A DNA stretch of 42,311 bases from Verrucomicrobiota bacterium (lineage in GTDB: Bacteria > Verrucomicrobiota > Verrucomicrobiia > Limisphaerales > UBA11358). Each line of letters begins with the position of its first letter. The first letter of the stretch is position 1. The stretch covers positions 1 to 42,311 of the forward strand of contig JBEKEJ010000001.1 in the NCBI GenBank assembly GCA_050013895.1. The letters run 5' to 3'. Shown one piece after another: positions 7,092-17,010 of this stretch. The position numbers and the translations under genes were made by a program. Under the pieces are notes generated by a model. The model did no database searches, had not been told where the DNA came from, and saw only the letters and a program-made list of their open reading frames with translations.

Positions 7092-8366
7092 ATGCTTTAT
7101 TTCGCGCGCGGCTCCGCCAAGGACAATTTGTTGGTGGACGATTTGCGCGATGGCTTGTTCCAGGCGCTCGACCGTCTCGGCCGGCGCCGGCGGGTGCTGG
7201 CCGTTCCGCCGGATTTTACCCGGTTTCACTCGCAAGCGGGCGTGCTGACGAAGCTCATTTACGATTACTACGGGCCACATTTGACGGATGTTCTGCCCGC
7301 GCTGGGTACGCACACGCCGATGACGCCTGGGCAGATCGCCAAGATGTATGCTGGCGTGCCGCCGGAATTATTCCGCGTTCACAACTGGCGCACGGGCGTC
7401 GCCACGGTCGGCGAAGTGCCGGCCGATTTTGTGCGGCAGGCGACCGGCGGCGCGGTGGATTTCCCCTGGCAGGCGCAATTGGCCAATCTCATCTGGACGG
7501 GCAGACACGATCTAATCCTGTCCGTCGGCCAGGTCGTCCCGCATGAGGTCGCCGGCATGGCCAGTTACAACAAAAACATCTTCGTGGGCACGGGCGGCAC
7601 GGAAAGCATCAACCAAAGCCATTTCATCGGCGCGGCCTACGGCATGGAGCGGATGATGGGGCGCGCGGACACGCCGGTGCGGCGCATTCTCAACTACGCC
7701 GCCGAGCATTTCACGAAGCCTCTGCCTATCGTGTATGTCCACACGGTGGTGGGCAACGACGCCAGGGGCAAATTGTGCGTGCGCGGCTTGTTCGTGAGCG
7801 ACGACGGCTCCGGCTTCGACCGGGCCGCCGCGCTGTCGCTCAAGGTGAATTTCGATCTGCTCGATCAACCGCTCAAAAAAGTGGTCGTCCATCTGGATCC
7901 CGGCGAGTTCAAGAGCGCGTGGCTGGGCAACAAGAGCATTTATCGCACGCGCATGGCCATGGCGGACGGCGGCGAATTGATCATCCTCGCGCCCGGCTTG
8001 AAGGCATTTGGCGAGGACAAGGAGATTGACCGGCTGATTCGCAAATACGGGTATCGCGGCACGCCTGCGACGCTGGCGGCGGTCAAGGCCGACACCGGGT
8101 TGCGCGCCAACCTCGGCGCGGCGGCGCATCTCATCCACGGCTCGTCGGAAGACCGGTTCAGCATCACGTATTGTCCCGGCCATCTCACGCGGCAGGAAAT
8201 CGAGGGCGTCAATTACCGTTACGCCGACCTGAAGCAGATGACGGCGCGTTATAATCCCGCCAGGCTCAGGGAGGGCTGGAACATGATGCCGGATGGCGAT
8301 GGCATCTTTTACATTTCTAATCCGGCGCTCGGTTTGTGGGCGTATCGCGGGCGGTTCAAGGATTAA
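7092..8366 (+). CDS. LarA-like (lactate racemase N-terminal / DUF2088) domain protein, putative 2-hydroxyacid or sugar-acid epimerase
   Basis: 424-aa ORF. PPDFTRFHS, LPALGTHTPMTPGQIAKMY and DLILSVGQVVPHEVAGMASYNK line up, from memory, with the LarA blocks SSDHTRPVPS, LVATGFHRPSTHEEL and DLLISEGFIESHFFAGFSGGRK. Confidence 0.55.
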   Translation: MLYFARGSAKDNLLVDDLRDGLFQALDRLGRRRRVLAVPPDFTRFHSQAGVLTKLIYDYYGPHLTDVLPALGTHTPMTPGQIAKMYAGVPPELFRVHNWRTGVATVGEVPADFVRQATGGAVDFPWQAQLANLIWTGRHDLILSVGQVVPHEVAGMASYNKNIFVGTGGTESINQSHFIGAAYGMERMMGRADTPVRRILNYAAEHFTKPLPIVYVHTVVGNDARGKLCVRGLFVSDDGSGFDRAAALSLKVNFDLLDQPLKKVVVHLDPGEFKSAWLGNKSIYRTRMAMADGGELIILAPGLKAFGEDKEIDRLIRKYGYRGTPATLAAVKADTGLRANLGAAAHLIHGSSEDRFSITYCPGHLTRQEIEGVNYRYADLKQMTARYNPARLREGWNMMPDGDGIFYISNPALGLWAYRGRFKD

Positions 8367-8429
8367 ATCAACCCGGCAAGGACGGGCCATTACGGAAAGG
8401 CGACGGAGTGCGCCAATGGCAATGGGAAC

Positions 8430-8480
8430 CCCCACATCCGCCCTCACCCCGACCCTCTCCCCCAGGAGAGGGAGAATCGT
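8430..8480. repeat. GC-rich REP-like hairpin (PSPPGEGE-type junk translation)
   Basis: CCCTCTCC (8453-8460) pairs with GGAGAGGG (8465-8472) around a 4-nt loop. It lies in the intergenic region between convergent genes. Confidence 0.6.
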
Positions 8481-8558
8481 TCGCCGCTCCTTTGAAAATT
8501 TACATGACTGGATTGGCCGGACGTTCATCCGCAAAGCCGCTTTTTGTTCGCGGAATTT

Positions 8559-9932
8559 TTACACGGTCTGCGGTTCGTCAATCCCGGCCGGTTCCAGTTT
8601 TGGCGCGAGCAGGTGGACGATGAGCAGCGCGGTGGCATAAGCCAGGCTGGCCATGATGAACACGGGCAGATAATTGCCGGTCACCTTCAAGACCTTGCCC
8701 GTGACGAAAAACAAAATGATGCCGCCGGCCGCGCCCATCATGCCGCCGAGGCCGGTGACCGAGCCGACGACGCGTTTGGGGAACATGTCGCCGGCGAGGC
8801 TGAAGGCATTGGCCGACCAGCCCTGATGCGCCGAGGCCGCGATGGTAATCAACACGGCGGCAACCCATTTGTTGTCGGTGATGGCGGAATATGTGACAGG
8901 CAGCACGCAGGCCGCGCAGATGAACAGCGTGGTCTTGCGCGCGCGGTTGACCGTCCAGCCAATCTTCATGAATCTCCCGGCCAGCCAGCCGCCCGCGATG
9001 CTGCCGACGGAGGCGACGACGTAAATGAGCATGATCATGTATTTGCGGTCGTCCGGGCCGAGGCCGAATTTTTTGTTGAAGAAATCGGGCGAACCAAACA
9101 AATAAAACCACCAGAAACAATCGGTCATGCCTTTGGAAACACAGAACGCCCAGGTCTGCCGGTGCGGAAGCAATTTGCGCCACGGGATTTTCACCGTGGC
9201 CTCGACCGGCTCGTTTTGGATGATGGCCAGTTCGGCGGCGTTGACGCGCGGATGTTGGTCCGGCTTTTTGTAAATCGCCAGCCAGGCGATGATCCAGCAG
9301 AGGTCAATCAGCGCGGTAATGACGAATGCGCCGCGCCAGCCAATCACAATGCCGCCGATGGTGAGCGCGGAGAACTGGGCAACGACAAAGGGCAATGCCC
9401 ACGGCACCAGGAGTCCTCCGACATTCGAGCCGGAATTAAAAAGTCCGGTCGCCAGCGCGCGCTCGCACTTCGGAAACCACTCGGCGGTGGTTTTGATCGC
9501 GGCCGGGAAGTTGCCGCCTTCGCCCAAACCCAGCAGGATGCGGCAGACGAAAAAGCCCGTGACGGCGCTGCCAAACAGCCCGCCAATTTCCGGCGCGAAA
9601 GCGTGCGACAGCGAGGCCAGTCCCCAGAACGCGCAGGCCAGCACAAATCCCCACCGCAAGCCCAGTATGTCCATGACGCGCCCCATCACCAGCAGGCTGA
9701 CGGCATAGGCGGCATTGAAGGCGACCTGCATATTCCAGTATTCTTCATCCGTCCAGCCGATGGTGTTCTTGAGTTCCGGGGCAAGATTGCCGAAGACGCC
9801 GCGGTCAATGTAGTTGGCCGTTGTCACCCAGAAAAGCAGGGCGCAGATGACCCAGCGATAATGGCTCGAAACCGGCGTGGTTTGGTTTGCGGGATTCACG
9901 CGCCCGAAAATACCCGGAAAAAAACCCGCCAT
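8559..9932 (-). CDS. MFS transporter, ACS/hexuronate (ExuT-like) family
   Basis: 457 aa with 12 predicted TM segments. The N-terminus YRWVICALLFWVTTANYIDRGVFGNLAPELKNTIGWTDEEY is typical of ExuT-like transporters. Confidence 0.85.
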   Translation of the reverse strand: MAGFFPGIFGRVNPANQTTPVSSHYRWVICALLFWVTTANYIDRGVFGNLAPELKNTIGWTDEEYWNMQVAFNAAYAVSLLVMGRVMDILGLRWGFVLACAFWGLASLSHAFAPEIGGLFGSAVTGFFVCRILLGLGEGGNFPAAIKTTAEWFPKCERALATGLFNSGSNVGGLLVPWALPFVVAQFSALTIGGIVIGWRGAFVITALIDLCWIIAWLAIYKKPDQHPRVNAAELAIIQNEPVEATVKIPWRKLLPHRQTWAFCVSKGMTDCFWWFYLFGSPDFFNKKFGLGPDDRKYMIMLIYVVASVGSIAGGWLAGRFMKIGWTVNRARKTTLFICAACVLPVTYSAITDNKWVAAVLITIAASAHQGWSANAFSLAGDMFPKRVVGSVTGLGGMMGAAGGIILFFVTGKVLKVTGNYLPVFIMASLAYATALLIVHLLAPKLEPAGIDEPQTV

Positions 9933-9989
9933 TCAAGCGTTGAAATCCATCTTTACAAAGCGGCGGCGGTTATGCCACACTGTACGATT

Positions 9990-10367
9990 ATGTTGAAGAA
10001 ATTTCTGGCAGTTCTGCCGCTGCTGTTGCTGGCCGGCTGCGCCACCACGTTCACGCGTCTGACGCCGCTGGAACAGCCGCGCAATCCCAACAACCTTTAT
10101 CCGGTCGAAGTCGCCTTCAATTCCTCACAGCAATCGCTGCGCTGGGACAGCATCCAGCCCAGCGTGCTCGTCAATGGCGTGCTGTACCCGATGCGCCAGG
10201 TGCCGATGATGCAAAATCGCTGGGACGGTTTCGTGCCGGTGCCGCCAGGGGCAAATTCCGTCAGCTACCGTATCAAATTCGATTATCTCTACAACGTTTT
10301 CGGGCAACCACCCAAGCCCGACAGCGCCTTTTCGCCGGTGTACAAGCTGACCATCATTGACCAGTAA
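9990..10367 (+). CDS. Small lipoprotein, unknown function
   Basis: The ATG at 9990 gives MLKKFLAVLPLLLLAGCATT, a signal peptide plus lipobox. It is the only credible part of the 607-aa ORF 8544..10367. Confidence 0.6.
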   Translation: MLKKFLAVLPLLLLAGCATTFTRLTPLEQPRNPNNLYPVEVAFNSSQQSLRWDSIQPSVLVNGVLYPMRQVPMMQNRWDGFVPVPPGANSVSYRIKFDYLYNVFGQPPKPDSAFSPVYKLTIIDQ

Positions 10368-10373
10368 GGCAGG

Positions 10374-10823
10374 TCAATGCCGGGGCCGGAGCAGGATCGC
10401 TTTTTTGTCCGAGCCTTCCACTTCGACGCTGTGCGTTTCCACGTCGGGGTCGTCCTTCAACGCGTGATGCACGATGCGGCGGTCAAAGGCGTTCAAGGCC
10501 TCCAATTCCACCGCGTCGCCCCAGCGCCGGACTTTTTCGGCGGCGTCCTTCGCCTTTTTCACGAGCGCCTCGCGCGCCTGCGCGCGGTAGCCGCCCACGT
10601 CCACCATCGCCTTGGGCGAGTTGGGGTCCTGCTGGAAGAGCAGGCGGTTGGTGATGTATTGCAAATCGGCCAGGGTCTGGCCCTGGCGGCCGATGAGCCG
10701 GCCGGCGTCCTCGGTTTTCACGTCGAGCAAAAGGCCGTCTTCCAGCTGGTGTTCCTCGACGGCGGTTTGAAAGCCGAGCAACGCCAGAATTTTTTCCAGG
10801 GTTTCTTTGGGTTGGGCGGGCAT
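10374..10823 (-). CDS. jag: Jag/KhpB-type RNA-binding protein (KH + R3H domains)
   Basis: The ATG at 10823 gives MPAQPKETLEKIL. It has the KH-like segment GRLIGRQGQTLADLQYI and the R3H motif RRIVHHAL. It lies downstream of yidC as in the canonical cluster. Confidence 0.8.
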   Translation of the reverse strand: MPAQPKETLEKILALLGFQTAVEEHQLEDGLLLDVKTEDAGRLIGRQGQTLADLQYITNRLLFQQDPNSPKAMVDVGGYRAQAREALVKKAKDAAEKVRRWGDAVELEALNAFDRRIVHHALKDDPDVETHSVEVEGSDKKAILLRPRH

Positions 10824-10875
10824 AAGCAAGTTGAGGGTTGAAGGATGATGGTTGAGCGTCGCCAGTTACACGGGG

Positions 10876-12660
10876 TTATTTTTTCTTTTTTGACACAGGC
10901 GTCAATGCCGGATTTGCCGCCGGCGCCACCGGGTCGCGCAGATTTTTCGTCAGCTTGGTTTGCAGAATGGTCAGTAAATTGTTCACCGTCCAGTAGAGCG
11001 CCAGTCCCGCCGAGTAGTTGTAAAGAAACACCAAGAAGATCAACGGCAGGTAGCGCATGATTTTGGCCTGCGCCGGGTCCATGCCCGGCGAGGGCGGCGT
11101 CAGGTGCGACTGCCACAGCATCGCCCCGCCCATCAGCAGCGGCAGCAGGTTGAACGGGAAATCAATTCCCGGAATCATGAAGAGCGTGTCCGGCTTGGAC
11201 AAATCCTTGACCCACAGAAAACTGGCGCCGCGCAATTCAATGGCGCTGCGCAGCATGGTGAAAAAGCCGATGAACACCGGCGTCTGGATCAACATCGGCA
11301 AACAGCCGCTCACCGGGCTGACCTTGTGTTTCCGCCAAAGTTCCATTTGCTTCTGCGTGAATTTTTGCGGGTCGTCCTTGTACTTTTCCTTGAGGGCCTT
11401 GACTTCCGGCGCCAGCGCCTGCATCCGTTTCATCGAGCGCGTGCTCTTCGCCATCAACGGCCAGAACACCACCCGGATGATGATGGTGATTAACACGATC
11501 ACCCAACCGTAACCCAGCCGCGTCACGTCGTGCAGCCAGTTCATCGCCAGCAGCAGCGGCTTCGCGCAAAAACCAAAGAACCCGCCGAAGCCCATCACGT
11601 TGTCGGCGTGATTTTGAAACTGCGCGCCAATGGCCGCCAGCGTCCGATACTCCTTCGGCCCGGTGAAGAAAACGATTTGCCGCTCGATGGTCTGGTTGGT
11701 GGCCAGCGTCTGCGCCGGATAAAGCAGGGCCGTCTGGACGCCTTGCGGCGGCGGTGCGCCCGGAACCGGTTCGACATTCGGGAACAGCGGCAAGGTAACA
11801 GCCCGCGCGACGATTTGCTCCGCCGGCTGCTTGGGTATCGCCAGCAGCGTGAAGAACTGGTTGTGCGCCGCCGCCCAGACGACGTTGTTTGAACCGGCAA
11901 TATATTCCGGCCGCGGCGCGCCGCGAAAACAACCGAACCCGGAGCCGGAAAACCACGAGAACGGGGTGTCGTGCGAACTCGCGCCATTAAACCACATCAC
12001 GCCTTCGTACATGGAATAGTTGTTGTCGTCCGGCCCCATCGGCGTGGCCGTGCCCACAACCAGTTCCTGCGCCGGCAGCGCGAGCGGTTGGTCCGAGGTG
12101 TTCTCAAAGCGCACGCTGGCGTTCAACAGATAGTTCGACCCGAGATGAAACTCCTTTACGAGCCGCAAACCGTTGGTGAACGATTTCGCGGCGCGAATCC
12201 CATGGTCGGTTGTCGTCAAGGTGAAAACGCCGTCGCCGACGAAACCGGCATCGCCCAAAACCGCCAGCACCGGCGCGGGGGCGCGGGTGTTCAGCGTGGC
12301 CACCGCGTTGGTCGGGTTTTCTTTCCGGGTCTTCCAGCGCGCTGAAACCGTTTCGGGGTAATCCAGCAACTCAACCAGTTTCAGGCCGCCGCCGCGCGAG
12401 GTGAATGTGTAACGCGCGCTCTGGTTGGCCAGCACCATCGTCTTTTCTGCGACGTTGGTGTCGAAGGAATAAGCCGGGACCGCGGCGGGCGCGGGCAAAG
12501 CGGCGCCGGCACTGGCCGTTGTCGTTTGGGCCGCCGCGGGCGCGTTGGTGGCCGCTGGCGGCTGCGACAATCGCGAGTAATTATACTTTTGCTGCTCGTA
12601 GAAACACAGGCCGAGCAGAATGGCGCAGAGCGTGACAACGATGATGCCGGTGCGGTCCAT
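10876..12660 (-). CDS. yidC: Membrane protein insertase YidC
   Basis: 594 aa with an N-terminal TM segment, a large periplasmic domain and the conserved C-terminal core WPLMAKSTRSMKRMQALAPEVKALKEKYKDDPQK...VSPVSGCLPMLIQTPVFIGFF. Confidence 0.9.
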   Translation of the reverse strand: MDRTGIIVVTLCAILLGLCFYEQQKYNYSRLSQPPAATNAPAAAQTTTASAGAALPAPAAVPAYSFDTNVAEKTMVLANQSARYTFTSRGGGLKLVELLDYPETVSARWKTRKENPTNAVATLNTRAPAPVLAVLGDAGFVGDGVFTLTTTDHGIRAAKSFTNGLRLVKEFHLGSNYLLNASVRFENTSDQPLALPAQELVVGTATPMGPDDNNYSMYEGVMWFNGASSHDTPFSWFSGSGFGCFRGAPRPEYIAGSNNVVWAAAHNQFFTLLAIPKQPAEQIVARAVTLPLFPNVEPVPGAPPPQGVQTALLYPAQTLATNQTIERQIVFFTGPKEYRTLAAIGAQFQNHADNVMGFGGFFGFCAKPLLLAMNWLHDVTRLGYGWVIVLITIIIRVVFWPLMAKSTRSMKRMQALAPEVKALKEKYKDDPQKFTQKQMELWRKHKVSPVSGCLPMLIQTPVFIGFFTMLRSAIELRGASFLWVKDLSKPDTLFMIPGIDFPFNLLPLLMGGAMLWQSHLTPPSPGMDPAQAKIMRYLPLIFLVFLYNYSAGLALYWTVNNLLTILQTKLTKNLRDPVAPAANPALTPVSKKKK

Positions 12661-12666
12661 GAGAAA

Positions 12667-12945
12667 TTAGATTCCGAAATCCCAGCTTCGAACTCCGATC
12701 TCCTGCTGGGGAACCGGGTCGTGCCCGCCCCCGCCCCAGGGCTGACAGCGGCAGATCCGCTTCGTCGTCAGCCATCCGCCGGCGATGGCGCCGTGCATGC
12801 GCATCGCCTCCATCGCGTATTCGGAGCAGGTGGGTGTAAAGCGGCAGCCGCAGGCCGGCCCGAACAAAAAAGTCTGCGCCGGCGAAATCGTCCAGCGGTA
12901 AACGCGGATCAAAAGAATGAGAACGGATTTGGGAACATTCAACAT
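12667..12945 (-). CDS. yidD: Membrane protein insertion efficiency factor YidD
   Basis: The ATG at 12945 gives [22 protein letters not shown]...[46 protein letters not shown], the YidD signature. The longer ORF to 13035 is REP-derived. Confidence 0.85.
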   Translation of the reverse strand: MLNVPKSVLILLIRVYRWTISPAQTFLFGPACGCRFTPTCSEYAMEAMRMHGAIAGGWLTTKRICRCQPWGGGGHDPVPQQEIGVRSWDFGI

Positions 12946-13030
12946 CCAACATTCAACACTCAACGCCCGATGGCGACGCGCTCCAGTCGTCATTGGATGT
13001 TCGATGTTGAATGTTGAGCGTTGAATGTTC
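12933..13030. repeat. Palindromic REP-like element (TFNIEH / LNVEC-type junk translation)
   Basis: GAACATTCAACATCCAACATTCAACACTCAACG (12933-12965) pairs with CATTGGATGTTCGATGTTGAATGTTGAGCGTTGAATGTTC (12991-13030) as imperfect inverted arms. The element fills the rnpA-yidD spacer and contains the yidD ATG. Confidence 0.7.
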
Positions 13031-13036
13031 TTCATG

Positions 13037-13432
13037 TCATTTCAACAAGCCCGCGCGCCGCAACGTCACCAGAAAATCTTTCTCAACGTCGGCGAATTTC
13101 TTCCCGGCAATTGAATTTCGCGCCACGAGAACGAGTTCCACCGGCTGGGAGAATTCATGCTGGTGCTGGCGGAAACTTTCCCGGAGCAGCCGGCGCGCGC
13201 GGCTGCGTTCCACCGCGCCGCCGATTTTGCGGCCGGTGACGACCCCGAGCCTGGGCGCGGCGCCATCCGGCAACCGGTTCCAGTTGGCGATGAGACAGCC
13301 CTGGGCGAGCCGCTGGCCCTGCTGCCGCACCCGCGTGAAATCTCGGTTTTGACCCAGACGCGATTTGCGTCCCAACCGCAAGCGACTGGGGTCTGGCGTC
13401 TGGGGTCTGGCGTCTGGGGCCGGGGCGGGCAT
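13037..13432 (-). CDS. rnpA: Ribonuclease P protein component
   Basis: The C-terminal 115 aa, [27 protein letters not shown]...[26 protein letters not shown], match RnpA. The ATG at 13432 adds a Pro-rich leader encoded by a 14-nt tandem repeat. In-frame TTG codons at 13381 and 13375 are alternative starts. Confidence 0.75.
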   Translation of the reverse strand: MPAPAPDARPQTPDPSRLRLGRKSRLGQNRDFTRVRQQGQRLAQGCLIANWNRLPDGAAPRLGVVTGRKIGGAVERSRARRLLRESFRQHQHEFSQPVELVLVARNSIAGKKFADVEKDFLVTLRRAGLLK

Positions 13433-13443
13433 GAGCGCGCGGG

Positions 13444-13581
13444 TTAAACCGGTGTCAGGCGGTAGCGGCCCTCGCGGCGGCGGTTGCGGAGCGTGGCGCG
13501 GCCGCTCTTGCTGGATTTGCGGGCAAGAAACCCGTGCTGCCGTCTGCGGCGGATTTTCGAAGGTTGATACTGGCGTTTCAT
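13444..13581 (-). CDS. rpmH: 50S ribosomal protein L34
   Basis: Hand translation of the minus strand gives [45 protein letters not shown] (45 aa), shorter than any entry in the ORF track. It lies immediately upstream of rnpA. Confidence 0.9.
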   Translation of the reverse strand: MKRQYQPSKIRRRRQHGFLARKSSKSGRATLRNRRREGRYRLTPV

Positions 13582-13699
13582 AAATTAATTCAGCTTCCTT
13601 CCGGGAGAAAAACCGGAGTGTCGAGAATAGCCGTGAAACGCCTCGTGTCAAGGCGGGGTTCGGCCGGACCGCTCCTTGTGCTTGATCATATTTTTCGGC

Positions 13700-13795
13700 T
13701 TAATCCCATTCCATCCTTCCGGCGATTACGATCAGGAACAGGATTAGGATCAGGACATTGCCAACGCCCGCCGCGTCCTGCGTTTGAGTTGCCAT
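13700..13795 (-). CDS. Possible 31-aa hydrophobic micropeptide
   Basis: Sequence MATQTQDAAGVGNVLILILFLIVIAGRMEWD, with one TM helix. It lies 26 nt downstream of the NtrC-like gene on the same strand. No family is recognised and it may be spurious. Confidence 0.2.
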   Translation of the reverse strand: MATQTQDAAGVGNVLILILFLIVIAGRMEWD

Positions 13796-13821
13796 TCTGG
13801 CCCTCCAGTTGATTGCCAAAT

Positions 13822-15267
<1,446 letters not shown>

Positions 15268-15344
15268 TTGGCCAAGGCCGAGGATAACCGATTTTTGCCT
15301 GGCGGACAGCGAATTTTGCGCAATGAAATACGGCATTTCACTGT

Positions 15345-15373
15345 TTGACCTTGCGCCATTCAACGCCTACACT
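15345..15373 (+). promoter_or_regulatory. Putative sigma-70-type promoter of serA
   Basis: TTGACC (15345-15350), a 17-nt spacer, then TACACT (15368-15373), 17 nt upstream of the serA ATG. This is pattern matching only. Confidence 0.4.
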
Positions 15374-15389
15374 CACAACCCATTTTGAT

Positions 15390-16988
15390 ATGAAAATCAT
15401 CGTATGCGATCCGGTCTCGCCCAAGGGCATTGCGCTCCTGCAGCAGCGGCCGGAATTCCAGGTGGTGGTGCTCCCGAAGCGGCTGGCGGAGGCGGAATTG
15501 CTCCCGGTGGTGGCCGACGCCACGGCGCTGGTCGTGCGTTCGGAAACCAAGGTCACGCGCAAGGTCATCGAGGCCGCCAAACAACTCCGCGTGGTCGGGC
15601 GCGCGGGCGTGGGTGTGGACAACGTGGACGTGGAAGCGGCCACGCAGCACGGCATCGTGGTGATGAACACGCCCGGCGGCAACACGGTGACGACGGCGGA
15701 ATTGAGCTTTGCCCTGTTGCTGGCGCTCGCGCGCAAGGTGCCGCAGGCCCATTCCTCGATGGCCGCGGGCAAGTGGGACCGCAAACTGTTTCAGGGCCTG
15801 GAACTGGCCGGCAAGTCCCTCGGCGTGCTCGGCATGGGCCGCATCGGCACCGAAGTCGCCAAACGTGCCGTCGCGTTCGGCATGCGCGTCATCGCCTACG
15901 ATCCTTATCTGACCGAAGACCGCGCCCGGGCCATCGGCGCGGAATTTGCCGACAGCGTGGACGATCTTTATCGCGCGGCGGATTTCATCACCGTCCACAT
16001 GCCGGTGACGCCGGAAACCAAACACATGCTGAACGCCGCCGCGTTCGCCAGGATGAAACCCGGCGTGCGCCTCGTGAATTGCGCGCGCGGCGAAATCGTC
16101 GTCGAGGCCGATCTCATCGCCGCGCTCGAATCCGGCAAGGTGGCCGGCGCGGCGCTGGATGTTTTCGCCGCCGAACCGCTGCCGGCCGACCATCCGTATC
16201 GCCGGCAGCCAAATTTGATTCTCACGCCGCACTTGGGCGCGAGCACGGCGGAGGCGCAGGAAAAATGCGGCATTGAAGTGGCCGAGGTCATCGCCGGTTA
16301 TCTGCTCACCGGCGAAGTCCGCAACGCGGTAAACCTGCCCTATCTCGACGCCAAGACCTACGAGCAGGTGAAGCCCTACCTGCCGCTGGGCGAGGCGCTC
16401 GGCAAATTGCTGGCGCAACTGGCGCCGGCGAACGCCGACCGGCTTTACATCACCTACGGCGGGCACGCGCGCCAGTTGCCGAACATTGATCCGGTCACGC
16501 GCGCGGTGTTGCGCGGCTTTCTGTCGGGCGGCCATTTGAAGGACGTGAACAACGTCAACGTCCGCAGTGTGGCCCAAAGCCTCGGCCTCACCGTCGAGGA
16601 AAAGAAATCCGACGAACCGGTGACTTTCAACGAATGGCTGCACGTGCAGGTGTTCAGCAACGGGCACAAGCTGATATCCGCCGGCGGAACCTTCTTCGGG
16701 TCGCCGAACAATCCGCGCATCGTGCGGTTGTTCAGCACGCCGGTGGAGATTCCCGTCAGCGGCACGCTCCTGCTGTTGAACAACAAGGACCGGCCGGGCA
16801 TCATCGGCTATCTGGGGACGTTGCTGGGCAAGCACAAAGTGAACATTGCCAACATGAGCTTGACGCGCGACACTGCGGGCGGGCTGGCGTTGACGGTGCT
16901 GAATCTCGACAGCGCGCCGCCACCGGCGGTGTTGGAAGAGCTTCAGAAAGACCCTGACATCAGCAATGTGAAAGTGGCAAGATTGTAA
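15390..16988 (+). CDS. serA: D-3-phosphoglycerate dehydrogenase (long form with ASB and ACT domains)
   Basis: The ATG at 15390 gives MKIIVCDPVSPKGIALL. It has the NAD-binding motif GVLGMGRIGTEVAKRA, the catalytic region NCARGEIV...LTPHLGAST, and a C-terminal ACT-like region LLLLNNKDRPGIIGYLGTLLGKHKVNIANMSL. Confidence 0.9.
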   Translation: MKIIVCDPVSPKGIALLQQRPEFQVVVLPKRLAEAELLPVVADATALVVRSETKVTRKVIEAAKQLRVVGRAGVGVDNVDVEAATQHGIVVMNTPGGNTVTTAELSFALLLALARKVPQAHSSMAAGKWDRKLFQGLELAGKSLGVLGMGRIGTEVAKRAVAFGMRVIAYDPYLTEDRARAIGAEFADSVDDLYRAADFITVHMPVTPETKHMLNAAAFARMKPGVRLVNCARGEIVVEADLIAALESGKVAGAALDVFAAEPLPADHPYRRQPNLILTPHLGASTAEAQEKCGIEVAEVIAGYLLTGEVRNAVNLPYLDAKTYEQVKPYLPLGEALGKLLAQLAPANADRLYITYGGHARQLPNIDPVTRAVLRGFLSGGHLKDVNNVNVRSVAQSLGLTVEEKKSDEPVTFNEWLHVQVFSNGHKLISAGGTFFGSPNNPRIVRLFSTPVEIPVSGTLLLLNNKDRPGIIGYLGTLLGKHKVNIANMSLTRDTAGGLALTVLNLDSAPPPAVLEELQKDPDISNVKVARL

Positions 16989-17010
16989 CCGTCGTCCAAC
17001 CAATTGAAAA

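Noticed and set aside
8544-10367. 607-aa plus-strand ORF, one of the longest in the track.
   Set aside because: Its first roughly 480 codons are antisense to the MFS transporter and read as Arg/Gly/Asp-rich junk. Only the last 125 codons (9990-10367, a lipoprotein with signal peptide) look real.
13385-13425. 14-nt tandem repeat GGGGTCTGGCGTCT x2.3 between rpmH and rnpA, first considered as a possible regulatory array or mini-CRISPR.
   Set aside because: It has only about 2 units with no spacers. It most likely represents a short intergenic repeat that happens to be in frame with the rnpA ATG at 13432. It mainly makes the rnpA start ambiguous.
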